From assembly GCA_903916255.1 (NCBI GenBank), contig CAIWVW010000086.1:381-64380 (forward strand): a stretch of 64,000 nucleotides of DNA, written 5' to 3'. How positions within the stretch are numbered: position 1 is the stretch's first letter; each line of letters begins with the position of its first letter. Made by a program: the position numbers and the translations under genes. The stretch comes from an uncultured Bacteroidota bacterium. GTDB lineage: Bacteria; Bacteroidota; Bacteroidia; JABEUT01. This document shows positions 59,521 through 64,000 of this stretch, piece by piece. The notes under the pieces are model-generated. The model did no database searches. It was given only the letters and a program-made list of their open reading frames with translations, and was not told where the DNA came from.

Positions 59521-59996
59521 TGGATATACTTCTTGAAGAGCATAAGAAGTTCTTGCTGCTTTTGCTTAAACATCAAGTTGAATTTATGCTAATTGGCGGC
59601 TATGCAGTTATCTATTATGGTTACGAACGAGGTACTGCCGATATGGATATTTGGTTGAAACCAACAAACGAAAACCGTGATAAATTTATTTTGGCGTTGA
59701 AAGAGCAGGGTATTGGAATTGATAGCTTAGCTGCAGTTTCTTCTATGGATTTCACAAACGCCCAAGTTTTAACTATTGGTGAGAAACCAAATAAAATTGA
59801 TATTTTAACCAAAGTACAGGGGATGCTTTATGAGGACGCCGATAAGGAAAAGCAGATGTTTCCAATGAAAGATAAATTCATTCCCATCATTCAATATCAT
59901 CATCTTATCATTACAAAAATGATTGCCGGAAGGCCACAGGATAAAGCCGATGTGGATGTGTTGCAAAAGATTAATCGGAAAAGGGAATCGGAATAA
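59520..59996 (+). CDS. Nucleotidyltransferase-fold (MNT-like) hypothetical protein
   Basis: MLIGGYAVIYYGYERGTADMDIW matches the minimal nucleotidyltransferase signature (G[GS]xA...G...R.T.DxD). 158 aa from the ATG at 59520. Confidence 0.4.
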   Translation: MDILLEEHKKFLLLLLKHQVEFMLIGGYAVIYYGYERGTADMDIWLKPTNENRDKFILALKEQGIGIDSLAAVSSMDFTNAQVLTIGEKPNKIDILTKVQGMLYEDADKEKQMFPMKDKFIPIIQYHHLIITKMIAGRPQDKADVDVLQKINRKRESE

Positions 59997-60008
59997 TAAT
60001 TAAATTAT

Positions 60009-60530
60009 TTACGCCTCACCATTGCAATAAAAGAAAATGATTTGCCCGGTATCCAAATTATATAAAGCTTGCCAATATTCGCATCCGCCGTCATCCAAGT
60101 AAAATTCTTCTTTTAGCCAATCAAAATGCTCTTCATCAACAAAAAATGGACTAAACCCAACAATTAATAATAATTTATGGTTATTTTTATCAATACACCC
60201 AAAAATTTGCCATTTATATGTATTTATGTATTTCTTGAGCATGAGTAAAGTTTCACTTTTATGACGATGTCCTTGCCAAAAAAAATACTTCGGCATCCGC
60301 TGTATTGAATCAATTAAAGCCTTATATGCTATAATCACCTGATTTGTATCTGGCGTAAATCTTAAATGAATTGAAGTATCATCATAGAGCTTTCTATCAT
60401 ATTCTTTAGGAAATACAGCTGCATCAAAGTTTTTGATTTTGTAATGAAATGCTGAATCAAACTTTTGCGCCTCTACAATAAAGCAAGAAAAAAATAAAAG
60501 TAAAAATATTACTGTCTTTTTCATTTTCAA
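60009..60530 (-). CDS. Secreted hypothetical protein
   Basis: Signal peptide MKMKKTVIFLLLFFSCFIVEAQ. 173 aa. AT-rich. Confidence 0.5.
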   Translation of the reverse strand: MKMKKTVIFLLLFFSCFIVEAQKFDSAFHYKIKNFDAAVFPKEYDRKLYDDTSIHLRFTPDTNQVIIAYKALIDSIQRMPKYFFWQGHRHKSETLLMLKKYINTYKWQIFGCIDKNNHKLLLIVGFSPFFVDEEHFDWLKEEFYLDDGGCEYWQALYNLDTGQIIFFYCNGEA

Positions 60531-60537
60531 CTCTCAA

Positions 60538-61830
60538 TCAATACTTATAAAACTCCCCCCATGTTTTCTCCAAATATTTCCTGAACTCTTCTTCTTTAGG
60601 GTTTTTTCCGGGTTCGTAAAACATGGTGCCCCGCAGTTCTTCCGGTAGGAAATCTTGTATCACGAAATTGCCTTCGTAGGCATGGGCATATTTATAATCT
60701 ACTCCATAGCCCATTTCTTTCATTAGCTTTGTTTGTGCATTTCGCAAATGCAACGGTACGCTTAAGTGTGATGTGCTTTCCGCAGATGCCATTGCTGCAC
60801 CAATTGCAGCTACCGCACTATTGCTCTTGGGAGAACAGGCTAGATAAATGGCAGTCTGTGATAAAACAATTTGCGCCTCAGGCATACCAATGGAGTTTAC
60901 TGCCTGAAAGCAATTATTCGCCATGAGAAGTGCATTGGGGTTGGCATTCCCTATATCTTCCGAGGCAAGAATAACCAATCTGCGGGCAATAAATAAAATA
61001 TCTTCACCTCCTGTCAGCATTCGTGCCAGCCAGTAGACCGCAGCATTTGGGTCTCCCCCACGAATTGACTTTATAAATGCTGAAATAATATCATAATGAT
61101 ATTCGCCTTTCTTATCATATAATGGAATAACCTGCTGCGCGACTTTTATTACGGACTCATCAGTTACTGCAACCGGAGAATCTGTCGATGACATTACTAC
61201 CGCTTCAAAAAGGTTGAGCAACTTGCGAGCATCACCATTCGAAAGCCTCATCAGTGCCTCCGTTTCCTTTATTTCAATTTTTTTAGTCTTCAAAATAACA
61301 TCCTCTTTCATGGCCCTTTCAAGCATTTCGAGAAGGTCGTCCTTTTCAAGTAGCTTCAATACATACACCTGCGAACGTGACAGCAAGGCTGAAATAACTT
61401 CAAAAGAAGGGTTTTCGGTAGTTGCGCCAATAAGGGTTACATCGCCTCGTTCTACGGCCCCCAGCAAGGCATCTTGCTGCGATTTACTGAAACGATGTAT
61501 ATCATCGATGAACAAAATGGGTGTCCCCGTGAAAAGCCCTTTATTCTTTGTCCCCTCAATCACTTCCCTGATATCTTTTACCCCCGAAGAAATAGCGCTT
61601 AACTGGAAAAATTCCCGCTGCAATTCATTTGCGATAATTTGCGCCAAAGTGGTTTTCCCCACTCCCGGCGGGCCCCAAAGGATAATAGATGGCAAAGTGC
61701 CCGAAGCAATCAGTTTGCGGAGTATGCTGCCTTCACCTACCAAATGCTTTTGGCCCATATACTCATTGAGGGTATGAGGGCGCATCCGTTCGGCTAAAGG
61801 GCGGTTTTCATTCATAGTGCAAAGATACAT
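60538..61830 (-). CDS. rarA: Replication-associated recombination protein A (AAA+ ATPase RarA/MgsA)
   Basis: Walker A GPPGVGKTTLAQIIA, Walker B ILFIDDIHRFSKSQQD, sensor region. C-terminal MgsA helical domain (GGDPNAAVYWLARML). Confidence 0.9.
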   Translation of the reverse strand: MYLCTMNENRPLAERMRPHTLNEYMGQKHLVGEGSILRKLIASGTLPSIILWGPPGVGKTTLAQIIANELQREFFQLSAISSGVKDIREVIEGTKNKGLFTGTPILFIDDIHRFSKSQQDALLGAVERGDVTLIGATTENPSFEVISALLSRSQVYVLKLLEKDDLLEMLERAMKEDVILKTKKIEIKETEALMRLSNGDARKLLNLFEAVVMSSTDSPVAVTDESVIKVAQQVIPLYDKKGEYHYDIISAFIKSIRGGDPNAAVYWLARMLTGGEDILFIARRLVILASEDIGNANPNALLMANNCFQAVNSIGMPEAQIVLSQTAIYLACSPKSNSAVAAIGAAMASAESTSHLSVPLHLRNAQTKLMKEMGYGVDYKYAHAYEGNFVIQDFLPEELRGTMFYEPGKNPKEEEFRKYLEKTWGEFYKY

Positions 61831-61976
61831 TCAAATATGATTGCTGATTTCCCTAATTATTGTCCGAGAAAGAGTCAATAAAAATATTAAAAATCAAATA
61901 CTTAACAAATTTTAACAGCCTCACGTACTTACCTTCTTAGCACGTAGTCTAAATTTGTGCTCACAAATAATTAACT

Positions 61977-62963
61977 ATGGCAGACATAAAAGAATTGAAC
62001 GAACGGATTCAGAAAGAAAGCGCCTTTGTCGACCTGATGAACCTGGAAATGGAAAAGGTTATTGTTGGTCAGAAATATTTACTGGAAAGGCTCTTGGTGG
62101 GTTTATTATCCAACGGACATATTTTACTTGAAGGGGTTCCCGGGTTGGCAAAAACACTGGCCATAAAAACCCTTGCTTCTACCATTGATGCAAGTTTCAG
62201 CCGTGTACAGTTTACCCCTGACTTATTACCTGCCGATTTGGTTGGTACGCTTATCTATAATCAGAAGAACGAAGAATTCACAGTGCGCAAAGGGCCTTTG
62301 TTTGCCAACTTTGTATTGGCCGATGAAATTAACCGTGCGCCTGCAAAAGTACAAAGTGCTTTGCTGGAAGCTATGCAGGAAAGGCAGGTAACTATTGGCG
62401 ATACCACTTATCCGCTTCCGGAACCGTTTTTAGTGCTAGCTACCCAAAACCCTATTGAACAGGAAGGAACTTATATGCTGCCTGAGGCGCAAGTAGACAG
62501 GTTTATGCTTAAGGTTGTTATTACTTATCCGAATAAGGGCGATGAACAAAAGATTATCCGCCAGAATCTCGCTTCAGATTTTCCTAAGGCCCAGCAAATA
62601 TTGAAACCAGCCGATATTACTAATGCCCGCAAACTGGTTAAGGATGTATATATGGATGGGAAAATTGAAAACTACATCCTTGATATAGTGTTGGCAACTC
62701 GTAACCCGAAAGAATACAATTTAAGCAAGTTTGCGCCGCTTATTAGTTATGGTGGTTCTCCTCGAGCAAGTATTAGTATGGCATTTGCGGCAAAGGCGTA
62801 TGCTTTTATTAAACGCAGGGGATATGTGATTCCGGAAGACGTTCGTGCCATTTGCCATGATGTGTTAAGACACCGTGTTGGACTGACTTACGAAGCCGAA
62901 GCAGAAAACATTTCGACAGAAAACATCATTACAGAAATACTGAATACAGTTGAAGTACCGTAA
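61977..62963 (+). CDS. MoxR-family AAA+ ATPase
   Basis: GHILLEGVPGLAKT is Walker A, VLADEINRAPAKVQSALLEAMQE is Walker B plus sensor, and FLVLATQNPIEQEGTY is the characteristic MoxR motif. Confidence 0.9.
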   Translation: MADIKELNERIQKESAFVDLMNLEMEKVIVGQKYLLERLLVGLLSNGHILLEGVPGLAKTLAIKTLASTIDASFSRVQFTPDLLPADLVGTLIYNQKNEEFTVRKGPLFANFVLADEINRAPAKVQSALLEAMQERQVTIGDTTYPLPEPFLVLATQNPIEQEGTYMLPEAQVDRFMLKVVITYPNKGDEQKIIRQNLASDFPKAQQILKPADITNARKLVKDVYMDGKIENYILDIVLATRNPKEYNLSKFAPLISYGGSPRASISMAFAAKAYAFIKRRGYVIPEDVRAICHDVLRHRVGLTYEAEAENISTENIITEILNTVEVP

Positions 62964-62974
62964 ACGAGTCGAAA

Positions 62975-63048
62975 GCAGGAAGAGAAAAGTAGAAAGTAAA
63001 AACCTTTCAACTTTACAAACTTTATACTTTCAACTTTACACTTTATAC
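62975..63048. repeat. Tandem CTTTCAACTTTACAAACTTTATA units (same family as 45848 and 54558 arrays) between moxR and the DUF58 gene
   Basis: agaaaagtagaaagtaaaaac then ctttcaactttacaaactttata followed by ctttcaactttacactttata. Forward and reverse unit arrangement as at the other loci. Confidence 0.5.
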
Positions 63049-63052
63049 TCAT

Positions 63053-63928
63053 GTGCCGATGGATGCGACAGAGCTGATTAAGAAAGTAAGAAGGATTGAA
63101 ATAAAAACGCGTGGTATTACCCAATCTCTTTTCTCGGGGGAGTACCATAGCGCTTTTAAAGGCCGCGGTATGTCATTCAGCGAAGTGCGGGAATATCAAA
63201 TGGGCGATGACATTCGTACCATCGACTGGAATGTAACGGCACGTTTTAATCACCCGTATGTAAAGGTTTTTGAAGAAGAACGTGAATTAACGGTTATCCT
63301 TTTAGTAGATGTGAGCGGCTCGGAAAACTTTGGTTCACGCACACAATTAAAAGAAGATTTAGTAACTGAATTATGTGCGGTATTGGCATTTTCAGGTTTG
63401 CAGAATAATGATAAAATCGGAGTAATCTTCTTTACAGATATTATTGAAAAATTCATTCCGCCGAAAAAAGGGAAACCCCATATTCTCCGAATCATCCGCG
63501 AGTTGATAGAGTTCAAGCCGAAGAATACAAAAACAGATATTACTCAAGCGTTGAAGTACCTTACCAACGTTATTAAAAAGAAAAGCATTGCCTTTGTAAT
63601 TTCTGATTTTATGGACGGTGACTTTACCGATGCCATGAAAATAGCATCGCGCAAGCATGATTTAATTGCGTTGAGAATTTATGACAAACGAGAAAAAGAA
63701 TTGCCGAATATCGGGTTGTTGAAAACCCGAGACCCTGAATCGGGAAAGATTGTGTGGATGAATACAGCGAACAAGAAATTGCGAATGGCATATGGTGAAG
63801 CCATTAACCGGAAAGAGAAAATGCTGAACGATATTTTTAAAAAGACAGGGGTCGATAATGTAAGTATAGCAACGGACGAGTCTTACATAGCGCCTTTGTC
63901 GAATATGTTTAAACGGAGAGGCAGGTAA
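63053..63928 (+). CDS. DUF58-domain protein (vWA-like partner of MoxR ATPase; Bat-operon type)
   Basis: Conserved MoxR-DUF58 gene order. VLLVDVSGSENFGS is a vWA-like MIDAS-type motif. Confidence 0.85.
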   Translation: MPMDATELIKKVRRIEIKTRGITQSLFSGEYHSAFKGRGMSFSEVREYQMGDDIRTIDWNVTARFNHPYVKVFEEERELTVILLVDVSGSENFGSRTQLKEDLVTELCAVLAFSGLQNNDKIGVIFFTDIIEKFIPPKKGKPHILRIIRELIEFKPKNTKTDITQALKYLTNVIKKKSIAFVISDFMDGDFTDAMKIASRKHDLIALRIYDKREKELPNIGLLKTRDPESGKIVWMNTANKKLRMAYGEAINRKEKMLNDIFKKTGVDNVSIATDESYIAPLSNMFKRRGR

Positions 63929-64000
63929 TGAAAGCTAAAATCGTATATATATATTATCTAATTGCTTTCCTTATTATTCAAGGAATAGCTTCACAAGCGC
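63928..64000 (+). CDS. 5' fragment of next gene in the MoxR/DUF58 operon (truncated by window end)
   Basis: ATG overlaps the DUF58 stop (TAATG). Only 24 codons are visible (MKAKIVYIYYLIAFLIIQGIASQA), consistent with a transmembrane helix of a BatA-like protein. Confidence 0.3.
   Translation, partial: MKAKIVYIYYLIAFLIIQGIASQA

Overview
This is a 64-kb stretch of a Bacteroidota chromosome, probably a Chitinophagia/Sphingobacteriia-like gliding bacterium. The calls that support this are four type IX secretion (T9SS) cargo proteins with C-terminal sorting domains, a PorP/SprF gene, SprB repeats, a DUF4292-M23 peptidase cluster, a MoxR-DUF58 (Bat-like) operon, and promoter-like TAnnTTTG motifs. 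Most of the window is housekeeping: purN, dut, nth, ung, hup, the rpsO-pnp pair, RNase P RNA (rnpB), clpB, rarA, a Ddl-like ligase, a Mur ligase, ABC transporters, a cation-diffusion-facilitator efflux protein, a two-component system and an ECF-like sigma factor.

The most conspicuous feature is a 6-kb gene for a SprB-repeat adhesin of about 1970 aa with a type B T9SS sorting domain, followed 10 nt later by its PorP/SprF partner. A second SprB-repeat T9SS cargo, an M1 aminopeptidase T9SS cargo and a third T9SS cargo also occur, plus a TonB-dependent receptor and three GT-C/GT87-like membrane glycosyltransferases.

The most unusual region is a low-GC, repeat-dense accessory island at about 40.9-43.6 kb, wedged between the Mur ligase and pnp. 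It carries a YafQ/RelE-type toxin with a small putative antitoxin, flanked exactly by roughly 46-bp direct repeats. It also holds several copies of a dispersed GTCATTGCGAGG...CGAAGCAATC palindromic (MITE/REP-like) element (also found at 30.1 kb), a roughly 155-bp nested palindrome, strings of stem-loops, and an AT-rich secreted hypothetical protein.

Two further candidates are a tandemly duplicated (two-module) D-Ala-D-Ala-ligase-like protein of about 905 aa, and a DUF2235 (Tle1-like alpha/beta hydrolase) gene followed by a TAATG-overlapped small-gene/nucleotidyltransferase-like pair (possible toxin-antitoxin or defence module). A second family of A/T-rich palindromic arrays built from AGTTTGTAAAGT/ACTTTAYAAACT units sits in terminator-like positions. 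PNPase has an Arg/Gly-rich C-terminal tail. No transposase, integrase, CRISPR array, rRNA or tRNA gene was detected.
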